From positions 1-32,887 of the IMG/VR virus record IMGVR_UViG_3300031460_000004: a DNA stretch of 32,887 bases; one strand, 5' to 3'. Each line of letters begins with the position of its first letter. Position 1 is the first letter of the stretch. A program made the translations under genes and the position numbers. Under the pieces are notes generated by a model that was given only the letters and a program-made list of their open reading frames with translations, searched no databases and was not told the DNA's origin. Shown piece by piece: positions 18,175-27,264 of this stretch. This stretch comes from a virus (Duplodnaviria; Caudoviricetes).

Positions 18175-18203
18175 AAAAAACCGCCTGCCCCAGTGGGCGG
18201 CGG
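18175..18203 (-). terminator. Intrinsic terminator
   Basis: Minus strand CCGCCGCCC-ACTG-GGGCAGGCGG followed by TTTTTT. Confidence 0.7.
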
Positions 18204-18250
18204 CGTCAAGCGTGGGACGGTAACGGGTAGGGGTGGGAGCGACGACGACG

Positions 18251-18847
18251 CTACTTGTCCTCAGCGAAGGCGTAGGACTCGTGCTTCAGCAGCCAGTCGG
18301 CCCAGAGGCGAGGAACGGGCGTGACCTCATTGGTCACAAAATGCACGCTCGGTCCGGCCATGTGCAAGTTGGCTGAGGATGGGCCGCCCTGCGCGGCGAC
18401 TTCCTTAAGCTTCTCTTTGGTGATGGGGCCGCTGGCGACCGATGTCTGCAAGAAGGCGGCGACCTGCGCGCGGTTGCGCGTGGAGGGGACCACCACGTCG
18501 ATATGTTCGTTGCCAACAGGCATAATTGACGACGTTTGGGCGTCGCCCTCATCGACCACGGCATCAGTGTCGGGGCCATCGACCACGGCGTACTTGCGGC
18601 CCACGTAGCGCAGGTTGACCAGCTTATCGCGCTCCTCGGCCGACGCGTAGCGCAGGGCGGCGAAGCGGCTGTCGGCGGGGACGGCGACAGCGCCACCCTC
18701 GCGCGGGGTCATGTCCTTTAGTTCATCGTTATCGACAGTCACGGTCGCGCCGTCAACCTCGCGGTCATTCTGACGCGTGAGGGCCTCAGCGCCGGACGCC
18801 GCGCCATCGAGAACGGTCTTGCCGTTCTGGTCTTTCATAGCTGGCAT
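18251..18847 (-). CDS. Hypothetical head-module protein (198 aa)
   Basis: AGGAGG RBS, strong GC3 bias; flanked by hairpins on both sides. Confidence 0.8.
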   Translation of the reverse strand: MPAMKDQNGKTVLDGAASGAEALTRQNDREVDGATVTVDNDELKDMTPREGGAVAVPADSRFAALRYASAEERDKLVNLRYVGRKYAVVDGPDTDAVVDEGDAQTSSIMPVGNEHIDVVVPSTRNRAQVAAFLQTSVASGPITKEKLKEVAAQGGPSSANLHMAGPSVHFVTNEVTPVPRLWADWLLKHESYAFAEDK

Positions 18848-18895
18848 GGATCTCTCGCCTCCTGGCGGTCCCCTGTCTGGGGTACTAAGATAAGA

Positions 18896-18934
18896 TAGCC
18901 CCTGCCCTCCCCTCTGAGGGGAGGGCAGGGGCTA
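18896..18934 (-). terminator. Perfect 19-bp-arm palindrome, probable terminator
   Basis: TAGCCCCTGCCCTCCCCTC-T-GAGGGGAGGGCAGGGGCTA, followed on the minus strand by TCTTATCTT. Confidence 0.6.
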
Positions 18935-18983
18935 GAGCGTCCTCGATATGTCTGCCAGCGCGTCTACGGTCAACGCGCCGGTG

Positions 18984-20678
18984 CTAGTTAGAGAGCGCGC
19001 CACTGACCATGCGGTCGAGGATGGACATCGCCATGTCGTTGACAGTCGCGGGCGCAGCCGGAGCGGTATAGCCACCCTCAGCGACCGTCGCCACCTCGGT
19101 CTTCGGTGCGGTCGGCGCGGTCAAGCCAGCGTTGCTCTCAGCGGTCGGCGCGGCCAGTCCGCCACCCAGGCCCGTTAACTGGCCCTTCTTCGGCGTCGCC
19201 GGAGTTGTGGCCTCTTCCGTGACTGGCTCGGCGATCGGGGGCAGGGTCTCGGCGTAGGCGTTCGCCTCGCGCGTCACGGCTGCCTCCAAATCCTCTTGCG
19301 CCGTGTACGTGCCGCGCTCACCCATCGTCGCGCCGTCGAACGAGCGCGTCACGAACGCGATTTGCTTGTCCGTCAAGGCGGGGTTGCTCTCGCGCACGAC
19401 CTTCTCGACGTGTGCGGCCACGAGGCGACGATTCTCAACGGCGAGCATCTCATCCACCGTGGACGCCAGTTCGGTGTTCTGCGCGGCCAGCGTGTCTTTC
19501 TCAGCACGCAGGGCCTCGGCCTCACGGATGATCGCCTGGATAGCGGGCGACTCTTTGATAGCCGCCTCTACGTCAATCGTGGGAGCCTGTGCCGGAGCGG
19601 CGATCTCGCGCACGACGAGATGGGTGGTGGCGTACTCTTCGCCGATCTTGCGGTACAACGCCTCGTTGGCGTCTTTGACTTCTTGCGGTGACAGGTTATC
19701 TAGCAGTCCCATGGCAAACTCATGCTCCTCATGGATAAGCGCGGGCGTATCGGCCTCGCGTACGGTCATACCGCCCGCGCCCCCTTCGGGCACGAGACAA
19801 CTGGCTTGATAGTTCAGCCATCCGATAATGTCTGAACTCCCTGGTCGGTCACGTTTGCCGACCGCCTCGACGGACACACCCACGCTATCGCCCGCCGCGT
19901 GGGCGAGGTCGATAGCCTGCAAGGCCATGGGGGTGCATTCAACATCCCCAAGCGTCCTTTTGGTCAATGGGTCATAGTGGATTGTTTCGCGCACCGCGAC
20001 AGCCGCAAGGTCGCGCAAATGGCGCTCTTCGCCGCGCATAATAGACTCAACCGCAGCGTGACCGAAGTAGAGTTTGGGTTTGTGTTGAATCTCAGAGACG
20101 AGGGCCTGCACGGCGCGTTCTGTATACACGTTGGACATTTTTTTGTTGCCGGGGCCGCTTGTCATAAAGACGACACGCCGTCGATTCGGGTAGGCCCGTT
20201 CTAGCTCGGCTTCACGGACGACAACGCCCGTTAATTCCGCCGGGATGCCCGCTCCCGCACGCCTGAATGGGTCTGGCGCGTCGCCAGCGGGGACAACCGT
20301 CGCCATAGCTGACTCCTTGACAGCGCCGCGCCTATCACTCTCATACCGCAGCGCGCTCACACGATGCTCTTCCATATGCCCCGTTGGCCGATGGTCGGCG
20401 TCGTGCCGGTCAAGGCGGGCGGTACGCTTGTCGCCCCGGCCATGCATCTTGGTAATGTCGCCGCAGTGACGCTCACCCGACGAGGCATGTCCATCCCTAT
20501 AGCCCACACCAACGGGCAGCGCCCACGACACATGGTCGCCATTGGCAAAACCGTTATCATCGGCGTCATTGTCTTCGGCCGGCCCACTGTAGCCGGGCGC
20601 GTCGTCGGCGTCGCCATCACCCGCGTCCTCGATGACGACGGCGCTCTCATCTTCATCGGCGCTTGTCGTGGTTGGCAT
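18984..20678 (-). CDS. Prohead protease-scaffold fusion with N-terminal Tudor-like domain
   Basis: FANGDHVSW...HCGDI Tudor-like pattern; protease motifs YFGH, VGVSV, LVPEGGAGG; coiled-coil acidic C-terminal half; GGAG RBS, ATG 20678. Confidence 0.8.
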   Translation of the reverse strand: MPTTTSADEDESAVVIEDAGDGDADDAPGYSGPAEDNDADDNGFANGDHVSWALPVGVGYRDGHASSGERHCGDITKMHGRGDKRTARLDRHDADHRPTGHMEEHRVSALRYESDRRGAVKESAMATVVPAGDAPDPFRRAGAGIPAELTGVVVREAELERAYPNRRRVVFMTSGPGNKKMSNVYTERAVQALVSEIQHKPKLYFGHAAVESIMRGEERHLRDLAAVAVRETIHYDPLTKRTLGDVECTPMALQAIDLAHAAGDSVGVSVEAVGKRDRPGSSDIIGWLNYQASCLVPEGGAGGMTVREADTPALIHEEHEFAMGLLDNLSPQEVKDANEALYRKIGEEYATTHLVVREIAAPAQAPTIDVEAAIKESPAIQAIIREAEALRAEKDTLAAQNTELASTVDEMLAVENRRLVAAHVEKVVRESNPALTDKQIAFVTRSFDGATMGERGTYTAQEDLEAAVTREANAYAETLPPIAEPVTEEATTPATPKKGQLTGLGGGLAAPTAESNAGLTAPTAPKTEVATVAEGGYTAPAAPATVNDMAMSILDRMVSGALSN

Positions 20679-20691
20679 AGGCTTCTCCAAT

Positions 20692-20721
20692 AGAAAAGCC
20701 GCACAGGAAACTGTGCGGCTT
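20692..20721 (-). terminator. Intrinsic terminator abutting the protease RBS
   Basis: Minus strand AAGCCGCACAG-TTTC-CTGTGCGGCTT followed by TTCT. Confidence 0.65.
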
Positions 20722-20747
20722 CATCTCATACCAGCGCGTGCGGAGCG

Positions 20748-23279
20748 CTACAGTGTGCTGTATTTATTAGCGTGATGACTGATAGGCCCTGTATAGGGAG
20801 CGTCCTTGCGCTTTTCGCGGAAGCCATCCAACCTATCAGCAATCAACCCTATGCGATGATTTGCTTCATGCATGACGCGCTGTTGTTCAATGTGCTCAGG
20901 GCTCCCATGTTTGCCCTTCGCCTCTAGCGCGATCATCTTATTGGTGGCTTTTTGATGCACATCACGCAACCCGTCATGGTCATGGCGTAAAGACATCTCA
21001 TCGCGCATGGGCAAGTAGTCTGTCGGATAGTGAGGCGTCGCATACAGCACGCGGTCCGTCTTGGCATTTAAGGGACCATCAGCATGCGCGACCCGCGCAA
21101 GAGCATGGGCGGGTGTTGTTTCAACAGAGGCAGGCTTACTGCCCGCGCTCATCGCTTTCAACCGCTCCATCCGCTCGGCGTCGCTCTTGCTCCGCTCGGT
21201 GTCATCAGCCGCCTTCTGCGCAGCCCGTCTGTCCTGGTCTGCGCCCGCCTCAGACCGCGCCGCCTCGCTCTTTTTTAAGAAGTCGGCGTACTCACGCTTG
21301 GTCTTGTCGGCGTAGGATTCAGGAGCAGTCCCCGTTGCCTGTCCCGCCGCCTGGGGAGTTGCGTAGGCTGGCGTGTGCGTCGCATCGCGTCCCGCATCCC
21401 GCGCCGCGTAGTCGGTCGGGCCATGCGCCGCCGTCGCGGCCATCGCAGCGCGCGTCTTGGCCGCAAAGTCGTCTTTAGGGTTGTCGCCCTTTGCCTCAGC
21501 CTTCGGCGCGTCCTGGGGCTTCTCAGCCGCTTTAGGGGCCTCTTTGGCACGGGCGTCGGCGCGGTCGGCCTGTCCGCGTAAAATCTCGGCCAACTTGGAG
21601 CGCGTGGCCTGGTTATGCATCGGAGTGCCGCCCAAGCCAGCAGCGGCGTGCTCAGGACTGCCCTGGCCTTCAAAGTTGCCGGCCAGCCATCGCTTTTCAG
21701 TGGAAGACTTGTCGCCATGGCGCTCTAGATGGCGGTTGATGTAGTCGTTGTCTATATCATCGTCGTCGGTGGCCTTCGGCTCCGCAGTGGCCTTCTCAGG
21801 CGCTTTGGGTGCGTCAGCCTTCGCCCCCACGGGGGCCTCAGTCTTCGGAGTCGTTGGTGATGGCGTAGGCGCTTTATAGCCGCCCAACACGAACGCCTTC
21901 TCGGCGTCGGTCAGCTTCTCGCGGGCCATGACCTTAGCCTGGATGGCGGCTTTGGTCAGGGGCTCGTTGGCTTTGGGCTTGTCGTCGGAAGCGGCAGATT
22001 GTGGGGCTCGATAGCCGTTGCGGACAAACGCTGTTTCGTCAGGCGTCAACCGTTGGTCGCTTTGCATCTTCGCTTGGAGATGCTCTTTGGCCAACGGTGT
22101 CGCGCTACTGTCCTGGTCAGCGGGGCGCGGCAAGTCCTTTGGTTCATCCCTGCCAGAAATGCGTCGCTGCTCAGGCGTTAGGCGCTTATTGGCCTCGTTG
22201 TGTATCCACCCCTCGACGGCGGCTTGATGCGGCGTGCGCTTATCGCCCCGGATGCCGACGTTGACCATGGACTTGTAGGTGCGCGCGTGGGCCGGATTTT
22301 CCTTCAGCACGTCATCAAAATGATGATTGCGCGCGATGTGCGCATTCGTCTTAGCCTTCTGTAGCGCCTGGTCCTCGGGCGTCATGGACGCCGCAGCCGT
22401 GCGTTGCTGGTGCATCTTGTCTTCGTGCGCGGCGACGGCGGCTTTACGCTTGTCGTCGGCTTCCTGCGCCTCGGACTCTTTCGCGCGCTTGTAGCCCTCA
22501 GCGAGTTCAACGTGCTCTTTGTCGGACGCTTTGACCACATGGCCAATAGCGGCCCGCGTGGCGTCATTGACCGGCTTGCCTTTGTGTTTGATGGGCGATC
22601 CATCGGACAGTGCGTCACGGAGCGCCTGCGTGCGCTTGGGAAACCCTAACTGCGCTGCATGATGATCGACAGCGGCGTGATCTACGTCAGGGTGGCTAAG
22701 AATAGCCTCGCCATCATCCTCTTTGGGCGCGCTCTTAGCCGTGCTCTCCGCACGCGCCTTGACCAGCGCTGCCTCAGCCTGCTCCTTCGTCAGCGGCTCC
22801 GGCCCCTCTTGCGCGCTGTGAGCCTCTGGCTCCGAGGCTGACGTGCCCTGTGCACCCTGTGCGCCGCTCTCAGGAGCTTTGCCCTGGTCCGCGCCATGCA
22901 GGCGCGCGTAGGGCTTGCCAGAACTCTTGACGCCCTCTTGCTGGCCCTCTTGCTTGGTGACGGGCGCTGTAGGGGTGGGCTTATGCTCGGCGTAGGACGG
23001 GTACTCTTTCGCGCCGGGAGGGGTGTGGTCAACGGGGTGATGCTTAATAGAGTGGGGACCATTGCTGAAATTGTTGAGTGAGGCTCCTATCAGAGACTTT
23101 GGGCCTTTGGTGACAATGCCCTTGCTGCCGCCCGAACCTGAGATGAACAAATGGACACCGCCGCCGTCACCGTCTTCGTCGCCTCCCGCGGTGACCCAAT
23201 GGCCTGCCGTGCTATTGAACTCGCGCACGACAGCGGCCACAGGCGCGGTGTAGCGCGACAGAAAGGCGGTGAGGCTCAT
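20748..23279 (-). CDS. Large low-complexity protein, putative internal head/ejection protein (843 aa)
   Basis: Located in the head module; N-terminal VVRE then HWVT...GVHLFI; rich in A/K/D/E/P/H; internal repeats. Confidence 0.75.
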   Translation of the reverse strand: MSLTAFLSRYTAPVAAVVREFNSTAGHWVTAGGDEDGDGGGVHLFISGSGGSKGIVTKGPKSLIGASLNNFSNGPHSIKHHPVDHTPPGAKEYPSYAEHKPTPTAPVTKQEGQQEGVKSSGKPYARLHGADQGKAPESGAQGAQGTSASEPEAHSAQEGPEPLTKEQAEAALVKARAESTAKSAPKEDDGEAILSHPDVDHAAVDHHAAQLGFPKRTQALRDALSDGSPIKHKGKPVNDATRAAIGHVVKASDKEHVELAEGYKRAKESEAQEADDKRKAAVAAHEDKMHQQRTAAASMTPEDQALQKAKTNAHIARNHHFDDVLKENPAHARTYKSMVNVGIRGDKRTPHQAAVEGWIHNEANKRLTPEQRRISGRDEPKDLPRPADQDSSATPLAKEHLQAKMQSDQRLTPDETAFVRNGYRAPQSAASDDKPKANEPLTKAAIQAKVMAREKLTDAEKAFVLGGYKAPTPSPTTPKTEAPVGAKADAPKAPEKATAEPKATDDDDIDNDYINRHLERHGDKSSTEKRWLAGNFEGQGSPEHAAAGLGGTPMHNQATRSKLAEILRGQADRADARAKEAPKAAEKPQDAPKAEAKGDNPKDDFAAKTRAAMAATAAHGPTDYAARDAGRDATHTPAYATPQAAGQATGTAPESYADKTKREYADFLKKSEAARSEAGADQDRRAAQKAADDTERSKSDAERMERLKAMSAGSKPASVETTPAHALARVAHADGPLNAKTDRVLYATPHYPTDYLPMRDEMSLRHDHDGLRDVHQKATNKMIALEAKGKHGSPEHIEQQRVMHEANHRIGLIADRLDGFREKRKDAPYTGPISHHANKYSTL

Positions 23280-23416
23280 CGGTATCTCCAACAGGCTAGG
23301 GGCGCGCTGCGGCGCTTAGAATGGCTTGGACGCGGCGTTGACGGTGAGTGCGTAGGCAGTGACAGGGGCGGGAGCGGACATGGGGCGCACCTAACGTTTA
23401 GAGGGACACGGCGCGA

Positions 23417-23830
23417 CTAGACGCCCGCATACGTGACCCATTGGCGCGGTTCGGCATTCACAGGATCAAGTGCGGTAGACACGGCCCAAGCGTCATGGCC
23501 GTCCAACGCGTCACAGACGGCCAACTCCATGACTGGCGTGATCATCTTGCCGCCAGAGGGATAGGCCGCTATGAGGACGACCGAATTGAGGATTTGTGCC
23601 GCGCGCATGATGAGCGCGGGTGGCACAATCAGCCAGTGTGGCCGGTGGCCGCTATTATCCGCGACGCGCGTTATGGCATCTTGCAGATTCGTCGCGGATA
23701 AGGTTGATCCCGCGCCAATAACGAGATTTGCCCGGCTGTTGTGGAAGAATGGCACGCCATCGGGTTGTATGGGGTTACCGTCAATGAGCGCCGCAATAGC
23801 GGTATCTTCAATCGCTCTATCGGTTGACAT
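23417..23830 (-). CDS. Stand-alone paralog of the major capsid protein A-domain region
   Basis: Colinear similarity to the capsid protein in this window: DGVPFF vs DGLPIF, NLVIGAGSTLS vs NLISGAASALS, AAQILNSVVLIAA vs AAQILNSTVLIAA. Confidence 0.85.
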   Translation of the reverse strand: MSTDRAIEDTAIAALIDGNPIQPDGVPFFHNSRANLVIGAGSTLSATNLQDAITRVADNSGHRPHWLIVPPALIMRAAQILNSVVLIAAYPSGGKMITPVMELAVCDALDGHDAWAVSTALDPVNAEPRQWVTYAGV

Positions 23831-23845
23831 GGACCTATATCCTAT

Positions 23846-24100
23846 TCACTTATCGGGCGTCGGGATGACGACCTTGCCACAGCGCCGGCAGTACAGGTGC
23901 AGGCCACGGTTGTCGCCGTTCGGGTCGAAGCCTGCCGCGTGCCACTCGTGCGCGCAGGCGTTCGACAACACAGGAGCTTCGTCGACGTAAGGTAGGCGCT
24001 CAAAGTCTAGCCTTTTCGTCGGCACGTAGCCGTGGCCCGTGTAGACGCCCTGGGGTGTCGTGTCGTCATCGTCATCGCTCGTGGCATGCACGTTCATCAA
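23846..24100 (-). CDS. Small zinc-ribbon protein
   Basis: CAHEW...YCRRCGK; start overlaps the upstream stop. Confidence 0.65.
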   Translation of the reverse strand: MMNVHATSDDDDDTTPQGVYTGHGYVPTKRLDFERLPYVDEAPVLSNACAHEWHAAGFDPNGDNRGLHLYCRRCGKVVIPTPDK

Positions 24101-24339
24101 CCCGTCACAGCGAATGTGTTATCTTCCACGCTCGCATCAGGCGCACCGTCGCCAAGCGCCGGGCCTGTGTCAATCCCCAACGCCGCACTCCCGCAATCGG
24201 TCAGCCACTGCGCCTGCGAACGGCCATCGGGCGGGGTCTCGGGGTAGCTGAACTGCGCGGCGGGCGTGGTCCCGTTCGTGGTGACGACGACGACGATGCT
24301 GCTGCCCGTATCGGTCGTGGATAGGATACTCGCGGCCAT
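24097..24339 (-). CDS. Small hypothetical protein
   Basis: TGATG coupling to the upstream ORF. Confidence 0.7.
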   Translation of the reverse strand: MAASILSTTDTGSSIVVVVTTNGTTPAAQFSYPETPPDGRSQAQWLTDCGSAALGIDTGPALGDGAPDASVEDNTFAVTG

Positions 24340-24566
24340 CAGCGCGCCCCCAAGATATACGCCGTCGCGTTCGGCCCCTTCGGCGTCACGCTATCGACAA
24401 GCGCAGTCGCCGCCGCTTGCATGGCCGCCTGCGACGTGGGCAGGTCGGCGAAACCGGGCAACGTGACGTTGCGGAAACGCGGCACAACCACCTTGCCGGA
24501 CGGGTGCAAAACGGTGATGTGAAAATGCCCGCCGATGGTCGCGGTGTTTGTCACGGTGGATGTCAT
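24339..24566 (-). CDS. Small hypothetical protein
   Basis: GGGAG RBS; coupled to the downstream ORF. Confidence 0.7.
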   Translation of the reverse strand: MTSTVTNTATIGGHFHITVLHPSGKVVVPRFRNVTLPGFADLPTSQAAMQAAATALVDSVTPKGPNATAYILGAR

Positions 24567-24587
24567 TAACGTCTCCCTGACCGTCGC

Positions 24588-25130
24588 TCATAGAATTAGT
24601 GCGCCTGCCAGCGAGTACGACCAACTAGAGGCGTCGTTATGGGTCGCGCTCGCCGTCCACACGCGGGGCAACACGCCATTTTGCGCGAGCGTTAATCCAC
24701 CAAGGGCAGCGGCCGTATTAGGGAATCCGGGATAGAGCGCATAGGTATAAAGCCCATTGGCGCTATTCGCCGTGGCGCCGGCGGCCACGGCGGGGGTTGT
24801 GAGCAGGTTAACAACCGCCGTACCAGTCACGGGTTCTATCGCTCGAATTGCGACCGTCAGCGTGGACGTTGCCACCGCAGGCGATGCTGTCACATTGAGA
24901 AACAACATCACCCCTCGGTGGTTGAGGCATGCCTGGGTGGCTATCGGAGGCGTGCTCGCGCGTGTGCCGGCGACGACAAGCACAAATTGAATGTTGTTCA
25001 ATGCTAGGTCGGTGCCCGTGCCGTTGTTGTAGGTCATGCCCTGTTCGGGCACTTCGCCCAGCGTGGTGCCCTCAACGCGGACGGATGTGCCGCCGTAGGC
25101 CAGGTCAGTGCGTTCGCTCATTGGCGACAT
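24588..25130 (-). CDS. Beta-rich hypothetical protein, possible virion surface component
   Basis: GGAGG RBS; Thr/Ala/Val-rich; directly after portal. Confidence 0.7.
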   Translation of the reverse strand: MSPMSERTDLAYGGTSVRVEGTTLGEVPEQGMTYNNGTGTDLALNNIQFVLVVAGTRASTPPIATQACLNHRGVMLFLNVTASPAVATSTLTVAIRAIEPVTGTAVVNLLTTPAVAAGATANSANGLYTYALYPGFPNTAAALGGLTLAQNGVLPRVWTASATHNDASSWSYSLAGALIL

Positions 25131-25142
25131 CCTCCAACGGGG

Positions 25143-27221
25143 CTAGGGTTTGCCGCTCATGCCGCCACTCGGTGTCCGGGCCCCAGACGAGGGGGCCTGC
25201 GCGCCCATCGTCGCCGCTTCAGCGTGGGTCTTGGCGACCTGCGCGTCAACCAGCGCGCCGTGCTGGTCCGTCTTTTGCTGGTCCTGCGTCGCCTTCTGCT
25301 GCGCAGCCTGTTGCTGCTGCTCTTTCTCTTCGTTAGCTTGATCCAGGGCATCATTATGCTGTTCCAGGCGCAAGTCAACCGCTTGCTCCCAGTCCCCCAT
25401 GGCATCGCTCACGTCGTCTACATTGAATAATTCATACGCCATACGTGCGGCTTGTTCCTGGGTGATGTATCCACCTTTGGCCGCCGTATCCACAGCTTGT
25501 ATGGATGCGGGAATGTCGCGGGCTAGGATTTTAGGCATGGACACGTCATAGCCACCGCGTGATTTATTGGCCTTGCTCTTTTGCGCGTCGGCGCGACGCT
25601 TGCCCGTCATCACCGTCGGCATAACGGGAGCAGGTGGCAACGGGGATACACCAGATGGTGCGGGCATGGGCATGTCTGCCTCTTTCACCGGCGCGGCCTC
25701 GGCATTCACCGCCTGCACAGGCGTCCCGTCCAGCCGCACCTTGTCGGGCGCGGGGTCAGCCTTGTCCCAGTCAATCATCTCGTGGCCGTGCCGGTACACC
25801 ACGGGCGCGATGATGCGTTTGGCCTTGGCCGCCTGTGTCAGCGCGTAGTCAATCAGCGCACGGAGCAGGTCACGCCACGCCGACTGCCTATCCTCGTACA
25901 TCTTGAGGACGGGCAACTCCATGGCGACCGCCGTCGCCAGCCTGCTCGTTTCGGTGCTCATGAGGATGTAGTGCGTGGGCAACCCGAACGCCGTGCCGAC
26001 CATTTGGGCCAACGCCTCAAGGTCCTGCGTTGCGCCAGCCGCGCCTGTGTCGAACTTGGGGAAGTCGATATCGACGCCCTGGCTCTTGGTGTAGACCTGC
26101 GCCACGCCCGTCGGGTTGCGCTCCAGGCCCCGCCATGGGCTCGTGGCCATGGACGACCGTTCGAGCGCGGCTGACGCCTGCACCTGCTGCGGACCACCCT
26201 TGACGGTCTTGATCATGCTGATTTTGGCGAGCGCCTGCATAATCATCACGCGGGCGTCCATGAAGCGCTTGTGCTCCACGACCCACACCACCGCCGCCGC
26301 CATATCCGGTATACCCCTGAGGCCGCCAATCCTATTGACGGGGAAGTGCGCCATCACCGCGCCGTCAGGGGCGCGCTTGAAGCCGCGCTTCTCGCGGTAC
26401 GGGTCACGGTCCCCCTCGTCACTCTCGGCGGGCGGGGCGACGTTGCGCCAGTCGGGGTAGTAGACGTACTCCGCTTGATCGCCCATCGGCAACGGTTGCC
26501 CGTTGCCGAAGTCGTACGCCTGGTCCATCACCTGGACACGATAGTACAGCGGGCGGCGTCTATCTTCGGGGTGCGGCACGATGTCAGCCACGCGCATCGT
26601 ATCGACGGTGCGCCACTTACAATGGCCGTCGTCAGCGACGGCCACGACCACAAAGATTTCGCCCGCGATGCGCTGCTGCCTATCAGTCTCTTTCTGCCCC
26701 TCGTGCGTCGCAAACTCAAAATTGTCAGGGTCGTCCCAACAGTCTGAGATGACCGCCTGCACGTCCGCGTCCGACGACACGGGCATGGGAATGCCCTGCC
26801 CAATGACGTAGCTTGTGCCCAGCCTCAGCGCGTTGTGGACGGGCGGCGAGGCGATAGCCAGGTTGCGGCCCATACCGACGTACTGGCGGCGCTGCCCAAA
26901 GTTCAAATCGACGGCGAGTTGCGGGTCTTGCTGCCCGCCCTGCCCCCACTCGTACAAGCCATTTAACTGCAAGTCAATATCAGGGTTCGTATTACTAAGA
27001 TATGCCGTTACTTCTCGGACAATGAGCGCCTCAGCCGCATCCCACTCGCCCGCCTCAATGGCCGCCATTGAGTTTGGGAAGTTCTGCCGCGCTTCTTTGA
27101 CAACGGGGTCAGCCTCAATCTGTTCGCGCACGGCGGCAGCGTAGACTTCGGCCTCGGAGAGAGGGCGTGTGTCCTCGACCTCTGTGCCTGTCGTCGTCGG
27201 GTACGCAGGCATCGGCGTCAC
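25143..27221 (-). CDS. Portal protein
   Basis: 692 aa following terL; YVIGQGI, GEIFVV, RGIPDM, FGLPTHYI, LATAVAMELP patterns; Gln-rich C-terminal tail. Confidence 0.88.
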   Translation of the reverse strand: MTPMPAYPTTTGTEVEDTRPLSEAEVYAAAVREQIEADPVVKEARQNFPNSMAAIEAGEWDAAEALIVREVTAYLSNTNPDIDLQLNGLYEWGQGGQQDPQLAVDLNFGQRRQYVGMGRNLAIASPPVHNALRLGTSYVIGQGIPMPVSSDADVQAVISDCWDDPDNFEFATHEGQKETDRQQRIAGEIFVVVAVADDGHCKWRTVDTMRVADIVPHPEDRRRPLYYRVQVMDQAYDFGNGQPLPMGDQAEYVYYPDWRNVAPPAESDEGDRDPYREKRGFKRAPDGAVMAHFPVNRIGGLRGIPDMAAAVVWVVEHKRFMDARVMIMQALAKISMIKTVKGGPQQVQASAALERSSMATSPWRGLERNPTGVAQVYTKSQGVDIDFPKFDTGAAGATQDLEALAQMVGTAFGLPTHYILMSTETSRLATAVAMELPVLKMYEDRQSAWRDLLRALIDYALTQAAKAKRIIAPVVYRHGHEMIDWDKADPAPDKVRLDGTPVQAVNAEAAPVKEADMPMPAPSGVSPLPPAPVMPTVMTGKRRADAQKSKANKSRGGYDVSMPKILARDIPASIQAVDTAAKGGYITQEQAARMAYELFNVDDVSDAMGDWEQAVDLRLEQHNDALDQANEEKEQQQQAAQQKATQDQQKTDQHGALVDAQVAKTHAEAATMGAQAPSSGARTPSGGMSGKP

Positions 27222-27264
27222 GTCCTATCAGCGACTAGGCGATACTGAGAGCAAGGAGGGAGAG

